64,000 nt of DNA, taken from assembly GCA_020072565.1 (NCBI GenBank), contig JAIQGI010000023.1, forward strand, positions 33,929-97,928, in the 5' to 3' direction. The notes beneath the pieces are model-generated. The model was not told the origin of the DNA and ran no database searches. It saw only the letters and a list, made by a program, of their open reading frames with translations. Position numbers and translations under genes: made by a program. Each line of letters begins with the position of its first letter. Within the stretch, counting starts at the first letter, position 1. Shown piece after piece: positions 19,073-29,402 of the stretch. This stretch comes from Terriglobia bacterium. Lineage in GTDB: Bacteria; Acidobacteriota; UBA6911.

Positions 19073-20314
19073 TCAGGAGAGTAGTTCCGCCGCGGCGCTG
19101 CGGGCGGGTTCACGCCGGTCCCAGGCGCCGCGGTCGATGAAAACGAAGAATTTCCACAGGGCTTTGTGTTTTTGCTTGAGAACCCGGATTTCTTCGTTGT
19201 TGCTGCCGGCAAGAGGCACGATGCGGCCGTTTTCGAGCCCGACGAGAACTTCCGCCTCCGGAAGGGACATGCCGATCGAAGGGCAATAGACAATAACCTG
19301 GTGAGCCTCGAGCCCCGCGGCACCCGCGATGCGCGCTTCAAGCTGTTCGCGGTCGGCCGGGCTGAAGTGATATCGGTCAACGATCTCTTTCTGCCGGTCT
19401 TCTCCTACATCGACCGTGAGAACGAAGCATGCCCGGTACAGTTGCCGGGATTCCAGGCAATTGAGGATGTGGGCGATAGCCGGGTTTGTGCCGTTGCGCT
19501 CCCTGAGGATCCATATCAGCGTCTCATCCTTGAGCTTGTGCATCTCCTTGAGCTGCAGGCCGGAACTGATCGCCAGCTCCACTGCCTTGGAGATCATCGC
19601 GCCCGAGGCGATCTTGGTGTGGTGAAAGTAGACCCGCTCGGAGAGGGTGTACCGGATGCGAAGCAAATTGACTAATTCAGACAGGGCGTCGCGCCGCAGC
19701 ATGCCGTGCTTCTCCAGGTTGACGACGAAGCGTCCCCGGTCCAGGATGAATGACTGGAACACCCGCGGATCGTAATATTGAGAGAAACCGACAAAGTAGG
19801 TGTCCCGTCGCAGGTAGTCGAGAAGGTCCGCGGTGATCGCGCCGGTGATGATTTCGGAAGCAAAGCCGGCTTCACCCCGAAGGATGCGCAGGACCTGATC
19901 CTGATATCCCGATGTTTGCAGGCGCTTGGCGAGAGAGGATTCCAGGAGGAAATGCGCAAAACGCGTTTCATCCTTATCGTGACGCGGGAGGACGCGGCGC
20001 TCATCCTCAAGCGTATGGCCGAACGGTATGTGCGTGACGTCGTGCAGCAGTGCCGCCACACAGATCGCTGTGGCTTCGTCCGGGGAAATGGAACCGGTGC
20101 GCCGCAGAGCTTCGATCATCCGCCGTGCCATCCATGAAGTTCCCAGACTGTGCTCAAATCGGGTATGGGTTGCTGAGGGATAAACCAGGTATGCCGTCCC
20201 CAGCTGTTTGATCCCTCTCAGGCGCTGGAATTCTGGGGTATCGACCAGTTCCACCTCAAGCGGTTCAAGTTCGATGTCGCCGTGAGCCGCATCCCGCAGA
20301 AGCTTACCCTTCAT
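19073..20314 (-). CDS. HD-domain phosphohydrolase, dNTP triphosphohydrolase (Dgt)-like
   Basis: HD motif (..FEHSLGTSW.., LLHDVTHIPFGH..); 413 aa. Confidence 0.7.
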   Translation of the reverse strand: MKGKLLRDAAHGDIELEPLEVELVDTPEFQRLRGIKQLGTAYLVYPSATHTRFEHSLGTSWMARRMIEALRRTGSISPDEATAICVAALLHDVTHIPFGHTLEDERRVLPRHDKDETRFAHFLLESSLAKRLQTSGYQDQVLRILRGEAGFASEIITGAITADLLDYLRRDTYFVGFSQYYDPRVFQSFILDRGRFVVNLEKHGMLRRDALSELVNLLRIRYTLSERVYFHHTKIASGAMISKAVELAISSGLQLKEMHKLKDETLIWILRERNGTNPAIAHILNCLESRQLYRACFVLTVDVGEDRQKEIVDRYHFSPADREQLEARIAGAAGLEAHQVIVYCPSIGMSLPEAEVLVGLENGRIVPLAGSNNEEIRVLKQKHKALWKFFVFIDRGAWDRREPARSAAAELLS

Positions 20315-20529
20315 GCGTCAAGCCTCCTATCATTCTTGAACCGTTTCAGACCACGCACGTTCCCTTCCGGAGGCGCCGCCCGGGACGTGGCATGACCCTG
20401 GCAAGCTCCTGAGGCAGAGTGCCCGTTATTGCGAAAGGGGCGCGGGTGCGCGTCCCTGATCTCTCTGAACCCCAGCCACACAGCTTTGTCCCGTCTGCCC
20501 GTACGCCATGGCATTGTACAATAGTATAA

Positions 20530-21348
20530 TTGTCCATTGTGATTGAACTGATTGACGATTTGTCGCGAATCGTTCGCATCAATGCTCCGGCGCAGCGCAT
20601 TGTTTGCCTGGTGCCGAGCATCACGGAGACGCTCTTCGCCCTGGGCGCCGGTGAACGAATCGTCGGTATCACCGACTACTGTATCCATCCTGAGGCCAAG
20701 GTCCGCATCAAACCCAGAGTCGGCGGTACCAAGAACTTCGTGGTCGACAAGGTCCTCCAGCTCAAGCCTGATCTGATCATCGCTAACGCGGAGGAAAACC
20801 GGAGACACCAGGTCGACAAGCTGGAGCATGCCGGGCTGACTGTATTTGTCACTTTCCCCAAGACCGTCGACGGCTGCCTCAAGATGATCGCCGACATGGC
20901 GGCTTTGACCGACAGCACACCCGCGGCGCAACCCGTGCTGACCTCCATCGAACAGGCTCGGGCCGACGCACGCTCGCACGCAAGCAACCCTCCACGACGT
21001 GTGCTCTGCCCCATCTGGAAAGACCCCTACATGACGATCAATCGCGATACCTTCGTCGACAGCGTGATCCGAAACTGCGGTGGCATGAACATCTTCGAGG
21101 GCAGCACCGAGCGCTACCCGCAGTTTACGCTGGAAGAGGCCGCCCGAGGCCGCCCCGAGGTCGTGATTCTTCCGACGGAACCCTACCATTTCACCAAAAC
21201 GGACCTGGCCGAATTCGGGATGATGGGTGAGAAAGTTCCTGCAGTGCGGAACCGACGCATACACATCGTCGAAGGGGAACTGCTCAGCTGGTACGGCCCG
21301 CGCCTCTCCAGAGCTCTGATCGAAGTCGCCGCTCTTCTGCGCTCATGA
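20530..21348 (+). CDS. TroA-like cobalamin/metal-binding protein (BtuF family) lacking a signal peptide
   Basis: Sequence resembles periplasmic-binding-protein class III (..RIVCLVPSITETLFALGAGERIVGITDYC..), but the N-terminus (MSIVIELIDD) is not a signal peptide. Confidence 0.6.
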   Translation: MSIVIELIDDLSRIVRINAPAQRIVCLVPSITETLFALGAGERIVGITDYCIHPEAKVRIKPRVGGTKNFVVDKVLQLKPDLIIANAEENRRHQVDKLEHAGLTVFVTFPKTVDGCLKMIADMAALTDSTPAAQPVLTSIEQARADARSHASNPPRRVLCPIWKDPYMTINRDTFVDSVIRNCGGMNIFEGSTERYPQFTLEEAARGRPEVVILPTEPYHFTKTDLAEFGMMGEKVPAVRNRRIHIVEGELLSWYGPRLSRALIEVAALLRS

Positions 21349-21372
21349 GTGAAGAGTCATGACCCATCACTC

Positions 21373-22497
21373 TCATTTAAGGGCGATGAGCTCGAGTTTA
21401 AGAAGTTTGTCGAGGATTTGCAGGATTTCGAGTTCACGCAGGGGTGAGAGCATTACGATCGAATTCACGTCGCAATCGCCATTGATGCGCGAAGCGACGA
21501 AGCCTTCCTGGTGCGACAGGCTGAAACGGGTGAGAGCGTACTCGGGAACAATGAAATGGGGCGTCTTCTCGCCTGGGATGGAGTTCTTATAGATCTCCTG
21601 GCACAACGCTTTTTCGGCGCCCTCGATGAGCTCGTCAGCCCTGGCGTTCTGGGGATCCAGCCGCAACACTTCCTGAAGGACGGCGATAGCTTCCTGATAC
21701 CGCTTGGCGTTCAGAAGCTCCTCGCCGCGGTTGAGAAGCACTTCCGGGTCGTCGCGCGGCGGCGGCGTTTCGCGGACTTCCTTTACTTCCACGACATTCA
21801 TGTCGTAGAGCTGAAACAGTTCGAAGTTGACCTGAAAGTCCGAGCCGTGGAGTTCCAGGATCATCTCGGAAATGGCCTTCCCCTGGTTGACCTGGAACAA
21901 CAGCTTCTTCTGCAGGGGTTTCAGAGCCAGGTTCTTGAGATCGGCTCCCGGCCGTATGGCGAGCACAACATTGTTGCTGGGAAAAACTTCACGGATGCGC
22001 GCCCACTCGTCCTTGCGGCGCACGCCCTCGAAAATGATGGTGTTGATGTCGATGTTGATCAGTATGAGTTCGTCGAGGCTGAAACCGTTCGCCGTGAAAT
22101 GAAAATAGCCCTCCTCCCAGAGGAAAAGGTCGTAGATCACCTCCTGGGTGCGGCCCACGAGAGCCCTTTCCGCTTCCTCCTTCGTGATATGCCCCTCCTG
22201 AACCAGGATCTTGCCCAGATTCGATCGGGTCTGCAGCTGGATTTGCAGAGCGCGCTTGAGTTGCGCCTCCGTAATCTTTCCCTGGAAAAGGAGATAGTGC
22301 CCGAGCTGTCTCGTAGGCTCGTTGGACTTCGAGGAAATGATCTTGCCGTCCTTGAAAAAAACGTAGTTCTTCGTCTTGTTGCGCACAAATGTCAGCGATC
22401 CGGTCTTTCTTCCCAGCGTAACCCACTGGAGAAGCTCAGCCAGATCCATCGTTTTCAAGTTTCCGGAAAGTGACATCTGCCCGCTCGATCGATACAA
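21373..22497 (-). CDS. DUF4388 domain protein with C-terminal TPR-like region
   Basis: N-terminal hallmark LSGNLKTMDLAELLQWVTLGRKTGSLTF.. (DUF4388). The opposite-strand ORF 21511..22473 has no recognisable features. The start may be the internal ATG at 22476. Confidence 0.65.
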   Translation of the reverse strand: MYRSSGQMSLSGNLKTMDLAELLQWVTLGRKTGSLTFVRNKTKNYVFFKDGKIISSKSNEPTRQLGHYLLFQGKITEAQLKRALQIQLQTRSNLGKILVQEGHITKEEAERALVGRTQEVIYDLFLWEEGYFHFTANGFSLDELILINIDINTIIFEGVRRKDEWARIREVFPSNNVVLAIRPGADLKNLALKPLQKKLLFQVNQGKAISEMILELHGSDFQVNFELFQLYDMNVVEVKEVRETPPPRDDPEVLLNRGEELLNAKRYQEAIAVLQEVLRLDPQNARADELIEGAEKALCQEIYKNSIPGEKTPHFIVPEYALTRFSLSHQEGFVASRINGDCDVNSIVMLSPLRELEILQILDKLLKLELIALK

Positions 22498-22765
22498 TAG
22501 TATGTGCTGTCAGACACTCTTAGGCCCTGTGTCCCTTGCTTCTTATCGGATCGGCAGTGCCTTTTGCTGAGAGGTCATTGGAGGCTCTTTGTGGGGAAAA
22601 GCGCTCCACTTGTCGGAGCGCGGAAATCAGGGTGCAGTAACCCTCAATCTGCCGGGATTTTGAGTATTTCTATTTGTCGCGGCTGCGGTTATCGTGGTCT
22701 GCATAGATTTTGATGGTGAAGGAATCCTAGGAATCTGCTAAAAGTTCGGCTGAGGAGCGTGACCG

Positions 22766-23353
22766 GTGTTGCTGACCTATGCCAATCAACTGACGATTCT
22801 TCGGATGATCTTCGTCCCCTGCTTCGTCCTTCTGCTCATTTACGGCCATCCCAGGAGCGCAATGCTGGTTTTCGTCATAGCCGGTTTCACGGACGGACTG
22901 GATGGTCTCCTGGCTCGTAAGCTTCAGCAAAAAACGGTGTTAGGGTCATTCCTGGACCCGATGGCCGACAAGTTGTTGCTGACAGCGGCCTTCATTACGC
23001 TTACCGTTCCGTCTGTGCCGGTGGCCTTCCACATCCCCGTTTGGCTCACCGTCACTTCCATAAGCCGCGACCTGCTGATCGCCCTCGCGGCCCTTATCAT
23101 CCATTTGCAGACCGGGCACACCGAATTTTCCCCGAGCTTTCTAGGGAAGTGCACCACGGCGGGTCAGCTCATCACGGTGGCACTCGTACTGCTGGCGAAC
23201 CTCACCCCCAGGGTGGAACCGATCCTCGATCCGCTGGTGATTGCCACCCTGCTGGTCACGGTGGCATCGGGATTGCACTATTTTTATCGCTCGGTGAAGC
23301 TCATCGATTCTTACCAGAGGGCGGAAGCAGGCAGTGCCAAGAAGGGGAATTAA
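22766..23353 (+). CDS. pgsA: CDP-alcohol phosphatidyltransferase (PgsA-like)
   Basis: GTG start. GFTDGLDGLLARKL..(D-G-x2-A-R...G...D) signature; multi-transmembrane protein. Confidence 0.8.
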   Translation: MLLTYANQLTILRMIFVPCFVLLLIYGHPRSAMLVFVIAGFTDGLDGLLARKLQQKTVLGSFLDPMADKLLLTAAFITLTVPSVPVAFHIPVWLTVTSISRDLLIALAALIIHLQTGHTEFSPSFLGKCTTAGQLITVALVLLANLTPRVEPILDPLVIATLLVTVASGLHYFYRSVKLIDSYQRAEAGSAKKGN

Positions 23354-24641
23354 AATCCGCTCAGTCGAACCGGATTCCCCGGCCCACATGGCCGGACTCG
23401 CGCCGGGTGATGAAATCCTGGCGGCGAACGGACGCCCGGTCGCAGATGAGCTGGCGCTCAGGTTCTATCTTGCGGAAGATGCATTTGTCGAGCTCGAGGT
23501 AAGTAAGGCCGGCGGGGCTGAAGTGCGGATCGAGGCGGATATGACCGGCGGCCGGGGTCTGGGAATCGAGGTCGAGGATTTCCGTACCCGGACCTGCAAC
23601 AACGCCTGCCTGTTCTGTTTCATCAACCAGCTGCCTCCGGGCGCGCGACAAGCGCTGAAGATCAAAGACGACGATTATCGCCTGTCCTTTCTGCACGGCA
23701 ACTACATTACCCTTACCAACCTCCCCGGCAAGGAGCTGGATCGAATCATCGAACAGGCTCTGTCACCGCTTTACGTTTCGGTGCACGCGACTGATCCGGA
23801 GCTGCGAACCAAGATCATGGGACGCAAGAAGGTCGATGATCTGGCCGGTAAGATGCGCCGTCTTGTCGACGGCGGCATCCGGATCAATGCGCAGGTCGTT
23901 CTCATGCCGGAGATCAATGACGGTGCGCACCTGGCAAGGACGGTTTTTGACCTTTATTCTTATTACCCCGGCGTTTACTCGGTCGCCATTGTGCCCTTAG
24001 GGCTCTCGGATCATGCCCCAGCCCGGGGACGACTTACCCCCGTTTCCCCGGAGTTCTGTCGCGCAGTCATCCGTCAGGTGACGCCCTGGCAGCGGCAGTT
24101 CAGGCAGGAGACGGGCCGGGGCTTCTCTTATCTAGCCGATGAATTCTACATTCAGGGAGGATTGCCGATCCCCGATACCCGCTGCTACGACGACTTCGCT
24201 CAAATCGAAGACGGCATCGGCATGGTGCGCCACTTTCTCGACGAGTTTGCCACCCACCTCGGGCGGCGGCGCAAGCCCCGGCCTCATCTCAATGGGACAT
24301 TGGCGACGGGAAAGCTCTTCTACGCGTTTTTGCGGGATTGTGCCGCGCTCCTGAACCAAAAACTGGGCGCACATCTCCAGGTAGTCGAGGTGGAGAATCG
24401 ATTCATGGGAAAGAGCATTACGGTGGCAGGCCTGCTCGCGGGCCGGGATATTGCAGAAGCCCTCGACGGCCTGCCACTGGGCGATTTCCTGGTGATCCCG
24501 AACGAGGCCCTTTCCCAGATCGAGGGGATCTTTGTCGATGATATGTCGCCGGGCGATCTGGCGCGCCGCCTCGGCAAGCCCGTCTACCCCAGCGGCCGTG
24601 GCATGCGCGACTTCTTCGGACTGCTCTGCCAAAGCCTCTAG
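23334..24641 (+). CDS. PDZ-domain protein with radical-SAM-like Cx3Cx2C motif (DUF512-like)
   Basis: N-terminal PDZ (..AHMAGLAPGDEILAANGRPV..), then CNNACLFCFINQ.. (CxxxCxxC). Overlaps the pgsA 3' end by 20 nt. Confidence 0.65.
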   Translation: MPRRGIKIRSVEPDSPAHMAGLAPGDEILAANGRPVADELALRFYLAEDAFVELEVSKAGGAEVRIEADMTGGRGLGIEVEDFRTRTCNNACLFCFINQLPPGARQALKIKDDDYRLSFLHGNYITLTNLPGKELDRIIEQALSPLYVSVHATDPELRTKIMGRKKVDDLAGKMRRLVDGGIRINAQVVLMPEINDGAHLARTVFDLYSYYPGVYSVAIVPLGLSDHAPARGRLTPVSPEFCRAVIRQVTPWQRQFRQETGRGFSYLADEFYIQGGLPIPDTRCYDDFAQIEDGIGMVRHFLDEFATHLGRRRKPRPHLNGTLATGKLFYAFLRDCAALLNQKLGAHLQVVEVENRFMGKSITVAGLLAGRDIAEALDGLPLGDFLVIPNEALSQIEGIFVDDMSPGDLARRLGKPVYPSGRGMRDFFGLLCQSL

Positions 24642-24770
24642 AAAGCTCAACGAAGGGGGCGCAGAGGAGAAAAAATGCGTTCCCCTGCACCTTTGCGCTC
24701 GCTGCGTTGAAAGCAGTTGTTTTTCCCACCTGTCTCCTGCAGAATGTATGGCCTCAGTCGCGGAGGCGAT

Positions 24771-25235
24771 ATGGCCAGGACTATCCAAGGGAAACTGGAT
24801 GCAACCGGAAGCCGATTTGCGATCGTCATCAGCCGATTCAATTCTTTTATCAGTGATCGCCTGCTCAACGGCGCTCTCGACGCCCTGGAGCGCCACGGCG
24901 CCGCGCCGGATGACATCACGACCGTCTGGGTGCCCGGTTCATTCGAAATTGTACTGGCGGCCAAAAGGATGGCGCTCTCGGGCAAGTACGATGCCGTTAT
25001 CTGTCTGGGCGCGTTGCTGCAAGGGGAGACCCCTCACTTCCAGTACATCTCCTCGACGGTGACCAGGGGAATCGGGAATCTCAGCCTGGAATCCGGGGTC
25101 CCGGTAATCTATGGTATTCTTACGTGCAACACTCTGGAACAGGCGATTGAACGGGCCGGTCTCAAGTCAGGAAACAGAGGGTTTGATGCCGCTCTTTCGG
25201 CAATAGAAATGGTTCAAGTCTTAAAGCAGTTATAG
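24771..25235 (+). CDS. ribH: 6,7-dimethyl-8-ribityllumazine synthase
   Basis: MARTIQGKLDATGSRFAIVISRFN...VWVPGSFE.. The ATG at 24771 is the likely start within ORF 24717..25235. Confidence 0.9.
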   Translation: MARTIQGKLDATGSRFAIVISRFNSFISDRLLNGALDALERHGAAPDDITTVWVPGSFEIVLAAKRMALSGKYDAVICLGALLQGETPHFQYISSTVTRGIGNLSLESGVPVIYGILTCNTLEQAIERAGLKSGNRGFDAALSAIEMVQVLKQL

Positions 25236-25292
25236 AACCGCGAACGCAACAGCGCACTCCTTTTACCGCATCCTAGGATCGCATCATCTGAA

Positions 25293-25715
25293 ATGGGACT
25301 CAGAAGAACCGCGCGCGAATGCGCGCTTCAAATGCTCTATGAATTTGATGTGGGCAAACATGACCCCGAGATGATCCTGGACTCTTTCTGGGAGATGAAT
25401 GAACAGCCGGAGAAGGTGCGCGAGTTCGCCTGCCACCTGTTCCGGGGGGCGCTCAGCCGCATCAAAGAGATCGACCGGCTCATCCAGGGCCACACCAAGA
25501 ACTGGCGCTTGAGCCGCATGGCCGCCGTCGATCGAAATGTCCTGCGCCTGGCCGTGTTCGAACTGCTCTCGGACGTCAACACGCCCGACACCGTGGTGAT
25601 CAACGAAGCCCTGGAAATTGCCAAGAAGTTCTCCACCAACGAGTCGGCGCAGTTCGTGAACGGCATCCTCGACAGCATCAAGAACGACCTCCTGCAAGAA
25701 AGGGTGAAGGAGTAA
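25293..25715 (+). CDS. nusB: Transcription antitermination factor NusB
   Basis: ..RECALQMLYEFDV.. and ..NGILD.. NusB blocks. Confidence 0.9.
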   Translation: MGLRRTARECALQMLYEFDVGKHDPEMILDSFWEMNEQPEKVREFACHLFRGALSRIKEIDRLIQGHTKNWRLSRMAAVDRNVLRLAVFELLSDVNTPDTVVINEALEIAKKFSTNESAQFVNGILDSIKNDLLQERVKE

Positions 25716-27218
25716 ATGGAGCACGAAACCAACCCCCTGGTCCAACGGCGGCTCAAGCTGGAGGAATTGAAACGGCGGGGCTACGATCCTTATCCCCACA
25801 AATTCGATTACAGCCACACGCTGGGGGAAATCCACGGCCGTTTCGACCAGGCGTCGGCGCAGGAACTGGAGGAGTCCAAGCCGGCCGTGCGCGTGTGCGG
25901 CCGCATCATGGCACTGCGTCCCCACGGCAAGGCCGGTTTTCTCGACGTCTCTGACGGCGAACATCGGCTGCAGGTCTACGTGCGGCGCGACCGTGTCGGG
26001 CCGGAGATTTTCGGACTCTATGAGCTGTTCGACCTGGGCGACCTGGTAGGAGCGGAGGGGACGCTCTTCCGTACGCGCACCAACGAGCTCACCGTCCTGG
26101 CTGTTTCTCTGACTCACCTGGCCAAAAACCTGCTGCCCCTGCCAGAGAAGTGGCACGGTCTTACGGACATTGAAATCCGGTTCCGCCAGCGCTATGTCGA
26201 TCTCATCGTCAACCAGGAGGTGCGTGACACCTTCATCAAGCGCGGCAAGATCATCCGGGAAATCCGCAACTTCCTCGATGGAAGGGATTACCTCGAGGTG
26301 GAAACGCCGGTGCTGCAGACGATCGCCGGCGGCGCCCTGGCCCGCCCTTTCCGGACGCATCACAACGCTCTCGACATCGACCTTTATCTGCGCATCGCCC
26401 TTGAGCTTCACCTCAAGCGCCTGATCGTCGGCGGCATTCCCAGGGTCTATGAGCTGAGCCGGATTTTCCGCAACGAAGGGATCTCGATCCAGCACAACCC
26501 GGAATTCACCATGCTCGAGTTCTATCAGTCGTACAGCGACTTTCGTGATCTGATGAATCTCACCGAGGAGATGATCACCCAGATAGCCGAGTCGGTTACC
26601 GGCTCGCGGCAGGTCGCCTACCAGGAGCGCCTGCTGGATTTCGATCACTGGCAGCACCATACCATGAAGGGAGCGATCCTGCACTTCTGGCCCGAGTCGA
26701 TTCCCAAACCCGCTGACGAGGATTTGCGCTCCGAGCTCAGGCTGCGCGAGTTGGCGCGCGCCGTGGGCGCTGAATTCGGCGCTGCCGACACGGTCGGCAC
26801 GCTGCTGGCAGCCGTATTCGAACACGTCGTCGAGCCCAATCTCATCCAGCCCACATTCATCTACGACTATCCGACCGAGGTCTCTCCTCTATCCAAGACC
26901 AAGCCCGGCGATCCGGATGTCGTGGAGCGCTTCGAGCTCTACATAGCCGGCATGGAGATTGCCAACGCCTACTCTGAGCTGAACGATCCGGCCGAGCAGC
27001 GTGCGCGCTTTGAAGAGCAACTCAAGGCACGGGGCCGCGGCGATGAAGAGGCTCACGTGATGGACGAGGATTACATTCGCGCGCTCAGCTACGGCATGCC
27101 GCCGACGGCCGGCGAGGGGATCGGAATCGACCGCCTCACCATGGTTCTGACCAACTCGCGTTCCATCCGTGACGTAATCCTGTTCCCGTTGTTGCGTCCT
27201 GAATCAGGAGGGGAGTAA
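25716..27218 (+). CDS. lysS: Lysine--tRNA ligase (class II)
   Basis: N-terminal OB-fold region and class II motifs (..FRNEG.., ..GIGIDRL..). Confidence 0.95.
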   Translation: MEHETNPLVQRRLKLEELKRRGYDPYPHKFDYSHTLGEIHGRFDQASAQELEESKPAVRVCGRIMALRPHGKAGFLDVSDGEHRLQVYVRRDRVGPEIFGLYELFDLGDLVGAEGTLFRTRTNELTVLAVSLTHLAKNLLPLPEKWHGLTDIEIRFRQRYVDLIVNQEVRDTFIKRGKIIREIRNFLDGRDYLEVETPVLQTIAGGALARPFRTHHNALDIDLYLRIALELHLKRLIVGGIPRVYELSRIFRNEGISIQHNPEFTMLEFYQSYSDFRDLMNLTEEMITQIAESVTGSRQVAYQERLLDFDHWQHHTMKGAILHFWPESIPKPADEDLRSELRLRELARAVGAEFGAADTVGTLLAAVFEHVVEPNLIQPTFIYDYPTEVSPLSKTKPGDPDVVERFELYIAGMEIANAYSELNDPAEQRARFEEQLKARGRGDEEAHVMDEDYIRALSYGMPPTAGEGIGIDRLTMVLTNSRSIRDVILFPLLRPESGGE

Positions 27219-27235
27219 AGCGAGATCTCCACGCA

Positions 27236-27270
27236 CAGGACGCAGAGTTCTTTTGCTGCGTCCTCCACGT
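27236..27270 (+). terminator. Hairpin after lysS
   Basis: AGGACGCAG-agttcttttg-CTGCGTCCT. Confidence 0.4.
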
Positions 27271-27299
27271 TGAGATTTCGGCAATCAAGTTGGCTGTCT

Positions 27300-28571
27300 A
27301 TGAAATTTGAATTGTTTGTCGCGCTCCGATACCTCAAGGCCAAACGCAAACAGACCATGGTATCGGTGATCTCCGCCATCTCGGTGATCGGCATCACGGC
27401 CGGCGTGATGGCACTGGTGATCGCCCTGGCCCTGTCCACGGGATTCCGGGAAGACATCCAGACCAAGATCGTGGGCGCTACGTCTTATATCAACCTCCTG
27501 CGCATCGACAATAGTCCCTTGCTCAACTACCAGGATCAGCTCGTCAGCCTGGCCCGTGTCACGCATGTGACGGGTGCCGCGCCGGCGATCTTCAGCCAGG
27601 TGTTTGTCGCCAGCCCGACGCGCAACCAGGGCGCCGTGCTCAAAGGGGTCGATCCCGCGCGCGAGCGGGAGATTTCCGACTTCTTTTCCCACATCGTCGA
27701 AGGGGATCCCCACGCTCTTGAAGCGCCCGAAGCGCCTGCACCCGCAGATCCGGAAGCGCCTCCCATCCCCGGCAACATCATCGTCGGAAAGGAAATGGCG
27801 CGTTCCCTGGGCGTAAGGCTGGGAGACACCCTGCAGGTGTTCTTCCCGAGGGGGAAACTGACACCGCTGGCGGGAAGAATAGTTACCATAGGCGAGAAAA
27901 CCTTCCGCATCGCGGGAATTTTCGAATCAGGCCTATGGGACTACGATTCGAATTGGGCCTATACCGATATGTATGCGGCGCGCAGACTGCTCTCGCTCCC
28001 GGCAGACTCCGCGTCAGTCCTGCAGTTCAAGACTGACAACCCTGAGGAGGTCGAATCGGTCGCCGATGCCATCCGCGCGACAGCAGGACCGGGGTTTATC
28101 ACCACCACATGGATCGACCTCAACAAGCCGCTCTTCTCCGCACTCAAGTTGGAGAAGATTGCCCTGTTCCTCACCATCAGCCTGATCGTCTTCGTCGCCG
28201 CACTGAACATCGTAACGACGTTGATCATGATGGTGCTGGAAAAACAGCGGGACATCGCGATCCTGACCGCAATGGGCGCGACCCAGAGAACGATCATGTG
28301 GGTGTTCATGCTTCAGGGACTGATCATCGGCCTGATCGGAACGACCCTGGGAGCCGTTCTCGGGGTAGGTACCAGCAGGATCCTGGACAGCTACAAACTG
28401 ATCCGGCTTCAGGCCGAGGTCTACAGCATCCCTTACGTCCCCTTCCACGTGAAGACCTGGGATGTAGTGCTGATCTGCGGCACGGCGCTGCTCATCAGCT
28501 TCGTGGCCACCCTCTATCCGGCACGCAACGCCTCGCGCCTCGACCCCGTGGAGGTCCTGCGCCATGAGTGA
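27300..28571 (+). CDS. lolC: Lipoprotein-releasing system permease (LolC/LolE family)
   Basis: MKFELFVALRYLKAKRKQTMVSVISAISVIGI.. and a C-terminal FtsX domain. Confidence 0.85.
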   Translation: MKFELFVALRYLKAKRKQTMVSVISAISVIGITAGVMALVIALALSTGFREDIQTKIVGATSYINLLRIDNSPLLNYQDQLVSLARVTHVTGAAPAIFSQVFVASPTRNQGAVLKGVDPAREREISDFFSHIVEGDPHALEAPEAPAPADPEAPPIPGNIIVGKEMARSLGVRLGDTLQVFFPRGKLTPLAGRIVTIGEKTFRIAGIFESGLWDYDSNWAYTDMYAARRLLSLPADSASVLQFKTDNPEEVESVADAIRATAGPGFITTTWIDLNKPLFSALKLEKIALFLTISLIVFVAALNIVTTLIMMVLEKQRDIAILTAMGATQRTIMWVFMLQGLIIGLIGTTLGAVLGVGTSRILDSYKLIRLQAEVYSIPYVPFHVKTWDVVLICGTALLISFVATLYPARNASRLDPVEVLRHE

Positions 28572-29271
28572 TCTCCTGAAAGTGCGCGGCTTGTGCAAGG
28601 GTTACCGGTCGGGATCCGAACGCCTCGAGGTGCTGGTGGACCTCAGCCTGGACCTTGAAGAAGGGGAAATGATGGCGGTGACAGGAGTTTCCGGCTCCGG
28701 CAAGAGCACACTGCTGCACCTTCTCGGCGGCATGGATCGGCCCGATCGGGGCTCGATCCGCATCCAGGGGACGGAGATTACCACGCTTGCCCTGCCGGAG
28801 TTGTCATGCTTCCGCAATCACACGGTGGGTTTCGTATTCCAGTTCCACCACCTCCTACCCGAGTTCACGGCGCTTGAGAATGTCATGATGCCGTTGCGGC
28901 TGCGTGGCGAGTCTCCGGCGGCGGCACAGGCGCGTGCCTGCGCCGCGCTCGAGGACGTCCGAATGAAAGAACGCGTCCATCATCGCCCGGGTGAACTCTC
29001 CGGCGGAGAGCAGCAGCGGGTTGCTATCGCCAGGGCTCTGGTGGGGATGCCGAAGCTCCTGCTTGCAGACGAGCCCACTGGAGACCTGGATCTCCACACG
29101 GGTACGGCCATCGGCGAGCTGCTGCGCTCCCTTCACGAGCGGCACGGCCTCACTTCCATTGTCGTGACCCACAACGAGAAGTTGGCGGGGATATGCAGCC
29201 GCAGCTGCCGCCTCGAGAACGGCCAACTCAATCCGAAGGAGTCAGGAGTCAAGAGTCAAGAGTCAGAATAA
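28564..29271 (+). CDS. lolD: Lipoprotein-releasing system ATP-binding protein LolD
   Basis: Walker A GVSGSGKST, LSGGEQQR, DEPTGDLD. The C-terminal 9 aa are encoded by a GAGTCAR heptamer repeat. Confidence 0.9.
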   Translation: MSDLLKVRGLCKGYRSGSERLEVLVDLSLDLEEGEMMAVTGVSGSGKSTLLHLLGGMDRPDRGSIRIQGTEITTLALPELSCFRNHTVGFVFQFHHLLPEFTALENVMMPLRLRGESPAAAQARACAALEDVRMKERVHHRPGELSGGEQQRVAIARALVGMPKLLLADEPTGDLDLHTGTAIGELLRSLHERHGLTSIVVTHNEKLAGICSRSCRLENGQLNPKESGVKSQESE

Positions 29272-29402
29272 GGCGTTGAGAGCATCGGCCCCGAAGCGCC
29301 GGCCGGACCTCCTGCAACAAAGCTTCGCGCCAGATTTCCCCTGCCGAATCCTCCAGATCGGTTTCAAGAGCGAGTCTCTCCCTCTTCAGCTATACTTGCC
29401 TG

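Noticed and set aside
24642-24770. Possible FMN riboswitch upstream of ribH
   Set aside because: The gap is only about 130 nt and lacks the conserved FMN-element blocks. It contains a member of the dispersed repeat family instead.
25284-26825. 513-aa minus-strand ORF antisense to nusB/lysS
   Set aside because: Antisense to two unambiguous housekeeping genes; no recognisable domains. High-GC artefact.
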